52,670 nt of DNA, from assembly GCA_038319115.1 (NCBI GenBank), contig JBBQCV010000003.1, forward strand, positions 1 through 52,670, in the 5' to 3' direction. The notes beneath the pieces are model-generated. The model was given only the letters and a program-made list of their open reading frames with translations, ran no database searches and was not told where the DNA came from. Source of the stretch: Burkholderiales bacterium. Its GTDB lineage: Bacteria > Pseudomonadota > Gammaproteobacteria > Burkholderiales > SG8-39. A program made the translations under genes and the position numbers. Of the stretch, positions 8,827 through 16,640 are shown piece by piece. Numbering within the stretch: position 1 is the first letter of the stretch; each line of letters begins with the position of its first letter.

Positions 8827-11550
8827 ATGGCACATACCAGCGTCGCCCAATTCGCAACCGAGCTCAAGGTCCAGCCTTCGGTCCTGCTCGAGCAGCTCAA
8901 GGCTGCCGGCGTGAACAAGGCCGTTCCCGAAGATTCGCTCAGCGAACAGGACAAATCGCTCCTGCTCGAGTACCTGCGCCGCTCCCACGGCTCGCAGGAG
9001 CCCAAGAACAAAATCACGCTGACGCGCAAGCAGACCAGCGAGATCAAGAAGTCGGACTCGACCGGCAAGGCGAGGACCATCCAGGTCGAGGTGCGCAAGC
9101 GCCGCGTATTCATCAAGCGCGACCCCAACGAGGCGCCGGAAGTCGAGGCGCCCGCCGTTGCACCGGCCCCCGTCGCGGCACCGCCCGCCGCGCCCGCCCC
9201 CGAGCCCGTGCAGGCCGCAGCGCCCGAGCCTGTCGCCCCGCCGGTCGTGGTGCCCGAGCCCGTGGCCCCGCCGCCGCCTGTCGAGGCCGCGCCTGCGCCC
9301 GCGCCGGCCAAGAAGGCCGAGCCGCCTGCGGCGGCGCCTCCACCGGTGTTCGGGCTCGACCCGAAACAGATCGAACTGCGGCGCGAGGAAGCCAAGCGCC
9401 ACAAGAAGCTTTCCGACTTCCAGGAAGCCGAGCTGCGTGAAAAGCAGGATCGCGAGAAACGCGATTCCGAGCAGAAGGCGGCCGAGCGCGAGGCGCAGGC
9501 CGTACTGGAAAAGGCGAAGGCCGAAGCCGCCCTGAGGCCGGCGGTGGCACCGACGACCGAAGGCACGCTGCACAAGCCCAAACTGAGTGCGGCAGACGCC
9601 GCCAAGGCCGACAAGAAGCCGAAGAAGGTCAAGACCACGACCGTCCTCAAGGACGATTCGGCGCGTCGCCGCATGATCAAGACCCGCGGCGATGCCGGCG
9701 GCGGGGTTGCCGGCTGGCATGCGCGCGGCGGTCGCCACAAGACGGGACACGCGGAAAGCGAGAGCCCCGCATTCACCGCCCCGACGGAACCCGTCATCCG
9801 CGAGGTATTGGTTCCCGAGACGATCACCGTGGGCGAGCTCGCCCACAAGATGTCGATCAAGGCCGCCGAAGTCATCAAGGCCCTCATGAAGCTGGGCTCG
9901 ATGGTCACCATCAACCAGGTGCTCGACCAGGAGACTGCGATCATCCTCGTTGAGGAAATGGGGCACAAGGCCAAGGCGGCCAAACTCGACGACCCGGAAG
10001 CCTATATCGAGGAGCATCCCGAAGCCACGGCGGCGGAGCAGCTGCCTCGCCCGCCGGTGGTGACCGTCATGGGCCACGTCGACCACGGCAAGACTTCGCT
10101 GCTGGATTACATCCGCCGCACCAAGGTTGCCGCAGGCGAAGCGGGCGGAATCACGCAGCACATCGGCGCGTATCACGTCGAGACCGAGCGCGGCGTGGTG
10201 ACCTTCCTCGACACGCCGGGCCACGAGGCCTTTACCGCCATGCGTGCGCGCGGCGCTAAGGCCACCGACATCGTGATCCTGGTGGTGGCGGCGGACGACG
10301 GCGTAATGCCGCAGACGATCGAGGCGATCAACCACGCCAAGGCCGCCAACGTGCCGATCGTGGTCGCGCTCAACAAGATCGACAAGCCCGAGGCGACTCC
10401 CGAAAAGGTCCGCCAAGAGCTCGTGAGTCACGGCGTGATCCCTGAAGAGTACGGCGGGGAGTCCCCCTTCGTCGGCGTGTCGGCCAAGACCGGGCAAGGC
10501 ATCGACGCGCTGCTCGAGCAGGTGCTGCTGCAGGCCGAAGTGCTCGAACTGAAGGCGCCGGTCGAGGCCCTCGCTCGCGGCGTTGTGATCGAGGCGCGTC
10601 TGGACAAGGGCCGCGGGCCGGTGGCCACGCTGCTGGTTCAGTCGGGCACGCTCAAGCGCGGCGACGTGGTGCTGACGGGCTCGGTGTTCGGGCGCGTGCG
10701 TGCAATGCTGGACGAGACGGCCCGGCCGGTGCAGAGCGCAGGCCCCTCGATTCCGGTGGAGATCCAGGGACTGTCCGATGTCCCACAGGCCGGTGAGGAG
10801 ATGGCAGTGCTCACCGACGAGCGCAAGGCGCGTGAGATCGCGCTGTTCCGCCAGGGCAAGTTCCGCGACGTCAAGCTGGCCAAGCAGCGCGCGGCCAAGC
10901 TCGATGGGATCTTCGAGAACATGGGCGAGGGCGGCAAGAAGTCGCTCGCGCTGGTGGTCAAGTCCGACGTGCAAGGGTCGCAGGAAGCCCTGGTCCACGC
11001 GCTGTCGAGGCTGTCGAACGAGGAGGTGCGGGTAACGGTCGTGCACTCGGGCGTTGGCGGCATCACGGAGTCGGACGTCAACCTCGCCATGGCCTCGGGC
11101 GCCGTCATCATCGGTTTCAATACGCGCGCCGACGTGACCGCGCGCAAGCTGATCGAGTCTTCCGGGGTCGATGTGCGCTACTACAACATCATTTACGAGG
11201 CCGTCGACGAGATCAAGGCTGCCTTGTCCGGGATGCTTTCGCCCGAGAAGAAGGAGAGCGTGCTGGGCATCGTCGAGGTGCGCCAGGTGTTCCGCATCTC
11301 GAAGGTTGGCACGGTGGCCGGCTGCTACGTCCTGGAGGGGCTGGTCAAGCGCAATGCTCAGATACGCCTCCTGCGCGACAACGTCGTTATCCATACCGGC
11401 GAAATCGACGCGCTCAAGCGCTTCAAGGACGACCAGCGCGAGGTCAAGGCGGGGTTCGAGTGCGGCATATCGCTCAAGAATTTCAACGACCTCAAGGAAG
11501 GCGACCAGTTCGAGGTGTTCGAGGTGCAGGAGGTGGCGCGCACGCTCTAA
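8827..11550 (+). CDS. infB: translation initiation factor IF-2
   Basis: [24 protein letters not shown] GTPase motifs; C-terminal GFECGI. Confidence 0.98.
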   Translation: MAHTSVAQFATELKVQPSVLLEQLKAAGVNKAVPEDSLSEQDKSLLLEYLRRSHGSQEPKNKITLTRKQTSEIKKSDSTGKARTIQVEVRKRRVFIKRDPNEAPEVEAPAVAPAPVAAPPAAPAPEPVQAAAPEPVAPPVVVPEPVAPPPPVEAAPAPAPAKKAEPPAAAPPPVFGLDPKQIELRREEAKRHKKLSDFQEAELREKQDREKRDSEQKAAEREAQAVLEKAKAEAALRPAVAPTTEGTLHKPKLSAADAAKADKKPKKVKTTTVLKDDSARRRMIKTRGDAGGGVAGWHARGGRHKTGHAESESPAFTAPTEPVIREVLVPETITVGELAHKMSIKAAEVIKALMKLGSMVTINQVLDQETAIILVEEMGHKAKAAKLDDPEAYIEEHPEATAAEQLPRPPVVTVMGHVDHGKTSLLDYIRRTKVAAGEAGGITQHIGAYHVETERGVVTFLDTPGHEAFTAMRARGAKATDIVILVVAADDGVMPQTIEAINHAKAANVPIVVALNKIDKPEATPEKVRQELVSHGVIPEEYGGESPFVGVSAKTGQGIDALLEQVLLQAEVLELKAPVEALARGVVIEARLDKGRGPVATLLVQSGTLKRGDVVLTGSVFGRVRAMLDETARPVQSAGPSIPVEIQGLSDVPQAGEEMAVLTDERKAREIALFRQGKFRDVKLAKQRAAKLDGIFENMGEGGKKSLALVVKSDVQGSQEALVHALSRLSNEEVRVTVVHSGVGGITESDVNLAMASGAVIIGFNTRADVTARKLIESSGVDVRYYNIIYEAVDEIKAALSGMLSPEKKESVLGIVEVRQVFRISKVGTVAGCYVLEGLVKRNAQIRLLRDNVVIHTGEIDALKRFKDDQREVKAGFECGISLKNFNDLKEGDQFEVFEVQEVARTL

Positions 11551-11566
11551 GCGCGCCGGTGCGACC

Positions 11567-11944
11567 ATGCCTCGCTCCTCGGGACGCTCGCAGAAGGTCG
11601 GCGACCAGATCCAGCGCGAGCTCTCGGAGATCATCCACCGGGAGCTGCGCGACCCCAGGGTCGGGCTGATCACGCTGACGTCCGTGGACGTGTCCTCGGA
11701 CTGCGCGTATGCAACCGTTTATTTCACCTGCCTGGATGCCGAACACGTCAAGGAAGCTGTGGCCGGATTGCGGCGCGCCACCGGGTTCCTGCGCACCCAG
11801 CTGGGTAAGCGGGTCAAGTTGTGGATGACCCCTGAACTCAAGTTCGTGTACGACGAGTCCGTCGAGCGCGGCGACCGATTGTCGCGCCTGATCGACAAGG
11901 CGAACAGCGACCCTGCCAAGCCCCCCGAACCCACCGAGGGCTGA
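11567..11944 (+). CDS. rbfA: 30S ribosome-binding factor RbfA
   Basis: RSQKVGDQIQRELSEII, RDPRVG, PELKFVYDESVERG. Confidence 0.95.
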   Translation: MPRSSGRSQKVGDQIQRELSEIIHRELRDPRVGLITLTSVDVSSDCAYATVYFTCLDAEHVKEAVAGLRRATGFLRTQLGKRVKLWMTPELKFVYDESVERGDRLSRLIDKANSDPAKPPEPTEG

Positions 11945-11945
11945 A

Positions 11946-12869
11946 ACGCAGCCCGCCCGGCCGCCGCGGCGGCAGATCAGCGGCATCCTGCTGCTCGACA
12001 AGCCGCTACGGATCTCGTCCAACCACGCCCTGCAGGCGGTAAAACGATTGTTCCGCGCGGAAAAGGCGGGCCATGCCGGCACGCTTGACCCGTTGGCCTC
12101 GGGCCTGTTGCCGGTGCTGCTGGGCGACGCGACGCGTTTTTCCGCCTATCTCCTCGACGCGCCCAAGGGCTACGCTGCCGACATTCGGCTGGGAGTGACT
12201 ACCGCAACGGCCGATGCCGAGGGTGAAGTGCTCGAGACCAGGCCTGTCGAGGTCGACCGTGCGCAGGTCGATGCGGTCCTCGCGCGTTTTCTTGGCCCGC
12301 AGCAGCAGGTGCCGCCCATGCACTCGGCGATCAAGCGCGAAGGCGTGCCGCTGTATGTGTTGGCGCGGCGCGGCGAAAGCGTCGAGCGCAAGCCCCGCGA
12401 TATCGTCATATCGTCGCTGGATCTCCTGGCGTACGAAGGCGACCTCTTGAGGGTCCAGGTGGCATGCAGCAAAGGGACGTATATACGCACCTTGGCCGAA
12501 GACATCGGCGCGGCCTTGGGATGCGGCGCCCACCTTGGGGGCCTTCGACGCACGGCAACTGGCCCGTTCGACCTCGGCCAGGCGGTCACGCTCGAAGCGC
12601 TCGAAGGCATGGAGGAAGCCGAGCGGGACAGGATGCTGGCGCCGACCGACCGGATCGTGGCGCAATTGCCCGAAGTCGACCTGGATCGTGCCACCAGGAC
12701 GCGCTTTTGCCATGGCCAGACGGTGGCGGTCGAGGGTCTGCGCGCGGCGTTGTACCGGGTCTACGGGGAGGGTCGGCAGTTCGTCGGCCTGGGCGAATCG
12801 CCGGGGGACGGGCGCCTGGTGCCCAAGCGGCTGCTTGCGGGGCGTAGCGAGCCCCTGCCAAGCGGCTGA
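11946..12869 (+). CDS. truB: tRNA pseudouridine(55) synthase TruB; start codon non-canonical or uncertain
   Basis: [13 protein letters not shown] upstream of the called ORF in the same frame, [22 protein letters not shown]. Confidence 0.92.
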   Translation, partial: TQPARPPRRQISGILLLDKPLRISSNHALQAVKRLFRAEKAGHAGTLDPLASGLLPVLLGDATRFSAYLLDAPKGYAADIRLGVTTATADAEGEVLETRPVEVDRAQVDAVLARFLGPQQQVPPMHSAIKREGVPLYVLARRGESVERKPRDIVISSLDLLAYEGDLLRVQVACSKGTYIRTLAEDIGAALGCGAHLGGLRRTATGPFDLGQAVTLEALEGMEEAERDRMLAPTDRIVAQLPEVDLDRATRTRFCHGQTVAVEGLRAALYRVYGEGRQFVGLGESPGDGRLVPKRLLAGRSEPLPSG

Positions 12870-12884
12870 AAATCATCGGAAAAC

Positions 12885-12914
12885 TTGCGAATTGCCGGCG
12901 AATTCGGCTAAAAT
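12885..12914 (+). promoter_or_regulatory. putative sigma70 promoter of rpsO-pnp
   Basis: TTGCGA - 18 nt - TAAAAT, then GAGGAG SD and ATG 12937. Confidence 0.55.
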
Positions 12915-12936
12915 CGCGGTTTCGCGAGGAGAAATC

Positions 12937-13206
12937 ATGGCTTTGCAGGTCGCGCAGAAAGCGCAAGTAGTCAAACAATTCCAGCGGGCGGTTACCGATA
13001 CCGGCTCGTCAGAAGTCCAGGTTGCCCTGCTCACCGAGCGCATCAACGGCCTTACCGAGCATTTCAAGGCGCACAGCAAGGACTTCCATTCGCGCCGCGG
13101 GCTGCTGAAGATGGTCAGCCAGAGACGCAAGCTGCTCGACTACCTGAAGCGCACGGATGCGGACAAGTACCGCGACGTGATCGGGCGGCTCGGTCTGCGC
13201 AAGTAA
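12937..13206 (+). CDS. rpsO: 30S ribosomal protein S15
   Basis: [39 protein letters not shown]; 89 aa. Confidence 0.98.
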   Translation: MALQVAQKAQVVKQFQRAVTDTGSSEVQVALLTERINGLTEHFKAHSKDFHSRRGLLKMVSQRRKLLDYLKRTDADKYRDVIGRLGLRK

Positions 13207-13226
13207 TCACGAGATGTTCCGCCCAG

Positions 13227-13260
13227 AAACGCTCATCGACCCGGTGAGCGTTTTTGTTTT
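13227..13260 (+). terminator. intrinsic terminator after rpsO
   Basis: AAACGCTCATCG-ACC-CGGTGAGCGTTT stem followed by T-rich tract. Confidence 0.8.
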
Positions 13261-13356
13261 CGGCATACGTCCGCCTTCGGCTTTCGCCGCGCGCCTGCAG
13301 TAGCGGCTGCGGCACCCGTCCCGGCGCGAATCAACCAGTTCCATAAGGACACCCCT

Positions 13357-15465
13357 TTGAATCCCATCAAGAAGACATTTACGTACGGCTCCCAGCAGGT
13401 CACCCTCGAAACCGGTGAGATCGCCCGCCAGTCGCACGGTGCGGTGATGTGCTCTGTGGACGACACGGTGGTGCTCGCCACCGTCGTCGCCAGGAAAGAG
13501 GCGAAGCCCGGTCAGGATTTTTTCCCGCTGACCGTCGATTACGTCGAGAAGACCTATGCCGCGGGCAAGATCCCCGGCGGCTTCTTCAAGCGCGAGGGCC
13601 GGCCCTCGGAGAAAGAGACCCTGACCTGCCGCCTCATCGATCGCCCGATCCGCCCGCTGTTTCCCGACGGCTTCTACAACGAAGTGCAGGTGGTGGCGAC
13701 GGTAATGTCAGTCAACCCGGAGGTCGACCCGGACATCGTCGCCATGCTCGCGGTTTCGGCGGCGCTCACGCTATCGGGCGTTCCGTTCAACGGCCCCATC
13801 GGCGCTGCACGCGTGGGCTACATCAACGGCGAGTACGTCCTCAACCCGGCGGCGAGCTCGCTGGCCGATTCCAAGCTCAACCTGGTGGTTGCCGGCACGG
13901 AGCAGGGCGTCCTGATGGTCGAATCGGAAGCAATGGAGCTGCCCGAGGACGTCATGTTGGGCGCCGTGACTTTCGGCCACCAGCAGATGCAGGCGGCGAT
14001 CGAGGCAATCCACGGCCTCGCCGAAGTGGCCGGCAAGCCCGCGTGGGACTGGAAAGCGCCGGCCAAGGACGATGCACTCATCGCGCGGATCGGCGAAGTG
14101 GCTGAGAAGGACCTGCGCGATGCTTTCGCGATCAAACAAAAGCAGGCCCGCTCCACCGCCATCGACGGCATTTGGAAGCGTGTGTTTGCCGATGTCGGCG
14201 TGGGGGGCGAAGGCGGCCCGGATGCCAACACGGTGAAGGACATTTGTTTCGCGCTCGAATCGAAGATCGTGCGCAGCCAGATCCTCGACGGCGAGCCGCG
14301 CATTGACGGGCGCGACACGCGCACGGTACGTCCGATCACGATCCGCACGGGTGTCCTTCCGCGCACGCACGGTTCGGCGCTGTTCACGCGCGGCGAAACC
14401 CAGGCGCTGGTGGTTGCGACCCTCGGCACCGGCCGCGACGAGCAGATCATCGACGCGCTGATGGGCGAATACCGCGACCGCTTCATGCTTCACTACAACA
14501 TGCCCCCGTATGCGACCGGCGAGACCGGGCGCATGGGCTCGTCAAAGCGCCGCGAGATCGGGCACGGGCGCCTGGCAAAGCGCGCGCTGCTGGCGACCCT
14601 GCCGAGCGCGGAGGAGTTCGGCTATTCGATGCGCGTGGTTTCCGAAGTCACGGAATCGAACGGGTCCTCATCGATGGCCTCGGTGTGCGGCGGCAGCCTC
14701 GCCCTGATGGACGCTGGCGTGCCGATGAAGTCGCATGTTGCGGGTATCGCAATGGGCCTCATCAAGGAAGGCAACCGCTTCGCCGTGCTGACCGACATCC
14801 TCGGCGACGAGGACCACCTGGGCGACATGGATTTCAAGGTGGCGGGCACAGAGAAAGGCATCACCGCGCTGCAGATGGACCTTAAGATCGAGTCAATCAC
14901 CAAGGAAATCATGCTCGTGGCCCTGAACCAGGCGCGCGAAGGACGAGTATTCATCCTCGATCACATGAAGCAGGCGATGGGGGGTTCGCGTACCGAGATC
15001 TCGACTTTCGCGCCGCGCATCCTCAAGATCAAGATCAACCCGGAAAAAATCCGCGACGTGATCGGCAAGGGCGGGGTGGTGATTCGCGGCCTCCAGGAGG
15101 AGACCGGGACGACGATCGAGATTCAGGACGATGGCACGATTTCCATCGCCTCGACAAGCGCCGATGGAGGCGAACTGGCCAAGAAGAAAATCCTTGAGCT
15201 CACGGCGGACGTGGAAGTCGGCAAGGTCTACGACGGCACGGTCCTGCGCCTGCTGGATTTCGGCGCGATTGTGAGCATCCTCCCGGGCCGCGATGGCCTG
15301 CTGCACATCTCCCAGATCAGCAACGAGCGGGTCAACGCCGTCGCCGACCATCTGAAAGAAGGCCAGGCGGTCAAGGTCAAGGTTCTGGAGGCCGATGACA
15401 AGGGCCGCCTGCGCCTGTCGATGAAGGCCGTCAACGCACCGGCACCGGCCGCGCAGCAAAGCTAG
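13357..15465 (+). CDS. pnp: polyribonucleotide nucleotidyltransferase (PNPase)
   Basis: [30 protein letters not shown] and S1 domains; TTG start with TAAGGA SD. Confidence 0.98.
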   Translation: MNPIKKTFTYGSQQVTLETGEIARQSHGAVMCSVDDTVVLATVVARKEAKPGQDFFPLTVDYVEKTYAAGKIPGGFFKREGRPSEKETLTCRLIDRPIRPLFPDGFYNEVQVVATVMSVNPEVDPDIVAMLAVSAALTLSGVPFNGPIGAARVGYINGEYVLNPAASSLADSKLNLVVAGTEQGVLMVESEAMELPEDVMLGAVTFGHQQMQAAIEAIHGLAEVAGKPAWDWKAPAKDDALIARIGEVAEKDLRDAFAIKQKQARSTAIDGIWKRVFADVGVGGEGGPDANTVKDICFALESKIVRSQILDGEPRIDGRDTRTVRPITIRTGVLPRTHGSALFTRGETQALVVATLGTGRDEQIIDALMGEYRDRFMLHYNMPPYATGETGRMGSSKRREIGHGRLAKRALLATLPSAEEFGYSMRVVSEVTESNGSSSMASVCGGSLALMDAGVPMKSHVAGIAMGLIKEGNRFAVLTDILGDEDHLGDMDFKVAGTEKGITALQMDLKIESITKEIMLVALNQAREGRVFILDHMKQAMGGSRTEISTFAPRILKIKINPEKIRDVIGKGGVVIRGLQEETGTTIEIQDDGTISIASTSADGGELAKKKILELTADVEVGKVYDGTVLRLLDFGAIVSILPGRDGLLHISQISNERVNAVADHLKEGQAVKVKVLEADDKGRLRLSMKAVNAPAPAAQQS

Positions 15466-15482
15466 AACGGTCGCGGCAAATG

Positions 15483-15510
15483 AAAAAGGGCGCCGCGGCG
15501 CCCTTTTTTT
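15483..15510. terminator. bidirectional intrinsic terminator between convergent pnp and dksA
   Basis: perfect palindrome AAAAAGGGCGCCGCGGCGCCCTTTTT with A/T tracts on both sides. Confidence 0.9.
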
Positions 15511-15523
15511 ATCTCCCGCCGGC

Positions 15524-15949
15524 TTACTTGGCGACCTGCTTCTCCCGCAGTTCATCGAGCGTCTTGCAGTCGATGCACAGCGTGGCCGTGGGGCGCGCCT
15601 CCAGCCTCTTCAGGCCGATCTCGACCCCGCAACTGTCGCAGTACCCGTACTCGTCGGCCTCGATGCGCGCGATGGTCTCGTCGATCTTCTTGATGAGTTT
15701 CCTCTCGCGGTCGCGGTTGCGCAACTCGAGTGCGATATCGGATTCCTGGCTCGCGCGATCGTTGGGATCGGCGAAAACCGTCGCCTCGTCCTGCATCGTG
15801 TGCACCGTGCGGTCGATCTCTTCGGACAGCTCGGACTTCAGCTGTTCGAGGATCTTGCGGAAGTGCTGGCGCTGCTTCGCGCTCATGTACTCCTCTCCCT
15901 TTTTGGGAGCGTACGGCGTGAAGCTCTTCCGGGCCAAATCCAGTGCCAT
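15524..15949 (-). CDS. dksA: RNA polymerase-binding transcription factor DksA
   Basis: EEYM, ADPNDRASQE (DxxDxA), CxxC...CxxC zinc finger, RLEARPTATLCIDCK. Confidence 0.95.
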   Translation of the reverse strand: MALDLARKSFTPYAPKKGEEYMSAKQRQHFRKILEQLKSELSEEIDRTVHTMQDEATVFADPNDRASQESDIALELRNRDRERKLIKKIDETIARIEADEYGYCDSCGVEIGLKRLEARPTATLCIDCKTLDELREKQVAK

Positions 15950-16035
15950 TTCAGTCCTGTTCGGGAAAAAGGGAAGCGGCTTTGTAGCAGAAAAGCCCTC
16001 CCCGGGCAAGTAAAGAAAAGCTACCCCATCGCGCT

Positions 16036-16065
16036 TTGCCGGGGCGGGGCGAAACGGCGTATCAT
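16036..16065 (+). promoter_or_regulatory. putative sigma70 promoter of the tRNA operon
   Basis: TTGCCG - 18 nt - TATCAT followed by GC-rich discriminator TCGTGCCC, 12 nt before tRNA-Pro. Confidence 0.55.
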
Positions 16066-16077
16066 TCGTGCCCTTTT

Positions 16078-16154
16078 CGGGGTGTAGCGCAGCCTGGTAG
16101 CGCGCCTGGTTTGGGACCAGGATGTCGGGAGTTCAAATCTCTCCACCCCGACCA
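16078..16154 (+). tRNA. tRNA-Pro(UGG)
   Basis: cloverleaf: CGGGGTG/CACCCCG acceptor, CCTGG-TTTGGGA-CCAGG anticodon arm, TTCAAAT T-loop, encoded CCA. Confidence 0.97.
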
Positions 16155-16162
16155 GTGCGACC

Positions 16163-16237
16163 GGGTTGCAGGGTTGCATGCGGTGAAGTTGCAAGGTTGG
16201 AAAAGTTGCAGCGTAGTGACGTTGGAAGTTGCAAGGT
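16163..16237. repeat. cluster of short GTTG(C/G)A direct repeats in tRNA spacer
   Basis: GTTGCA at 16165, 16173, 16188, 16205, 16228; GTTGGA at 16196, 16221. Confidence 0.7.
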
Positions 16238-16254
16238 GTCAAAAGCAGGCCCGG

Positions 16255-16331
16255 CTGCCCGTAGCTCAACTGGATAGAGCACCAGCCTTCTAAGCTGGGG
16301 GTTGTGGGTTCGATTCCCGCCGGGCAGGCCA
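16255..16331 (+). tRNA. tRNA-Arg(UCU)
   Basis: CTGCCCG/CGGGCAG acceptor, CCAGC-CTTCTAA-GCTGG anticodon arm, TTCGATT T-loop, CCA. Confidence 0.97.
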
Positions 16332-16351
16332 GAAAGGATGCAGTGAACAGT

Positions 16352-16427
16352 GGTGGCCGTAGCTCAACGGTAGAGTCCCAGATTGTGATTCTGGTTGTTG
16401 TGGGTTCGAATCCCATCGGCCACCCCA
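16352..16427 (+). tRNA. tRNA-His(GUG)
   Basis: G-1 plus GTGGCCG/CGGCCAC acceptor with C discriminator, CCAGA-TTGTGAT-TCTGG arm, TTCGAAT T-loop, CCA. Confidence 0.97.
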
Positions 16428-16640
16428 GTGCCCCGGGCGGGTATCATCCCGGTACGCAGCACACTCGCGTACACGCCCAGTTGCGGTCCCCTGGTATGGC
16501 ATCCTCCCCCTCTTGAGCGCAGGGGATTCTTTTCCGGAGGCGTTCTCCGGGATGAACCCGCAAACGGCGCCAACCAGCTTCTAAGAAACTCGCAAGGGGG
16601 GAACCCGCTGGAAATCGACATCCCGCACCCACCCGGGAAA

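Noticed and set aside
9130-9350. Pro/Ala-rich PEPV repeats in IF2
   Set aside because: Ordinary variable low-complexity linker of the IF2 N-terminal region
8464-11673. 1069-aa antisense ORF opposite nusA/infB, and many similar shadow ORFs (e.g. 814-2307, 7037-8218, 32009-33451, 36018-37181)
   Set aside because: Expected from high-GC codon bias opposite well-conserved genes; no motifs or independent expression signals
16163-16237. CRISPR array or sigma54 promoter reading of the GTTGCA repeats
   Set aside because: Units are too short and irregular, no cas genes; no TGGCAC -24 element at the right spacing
16573-16585. ACCAGCTTCTAAG resembling the tRNA-Arg anticodon arm
   Set aside because: Only about 13 nt with an indel and no other tRNA arms; chance match likely
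16395-16640. N-terminal extension of the 857-aa ORF
   Set aside because: Begins inside tRNA-His and would bury the signal peptide; ATG 16641 (or CTG 16608) is more plausible
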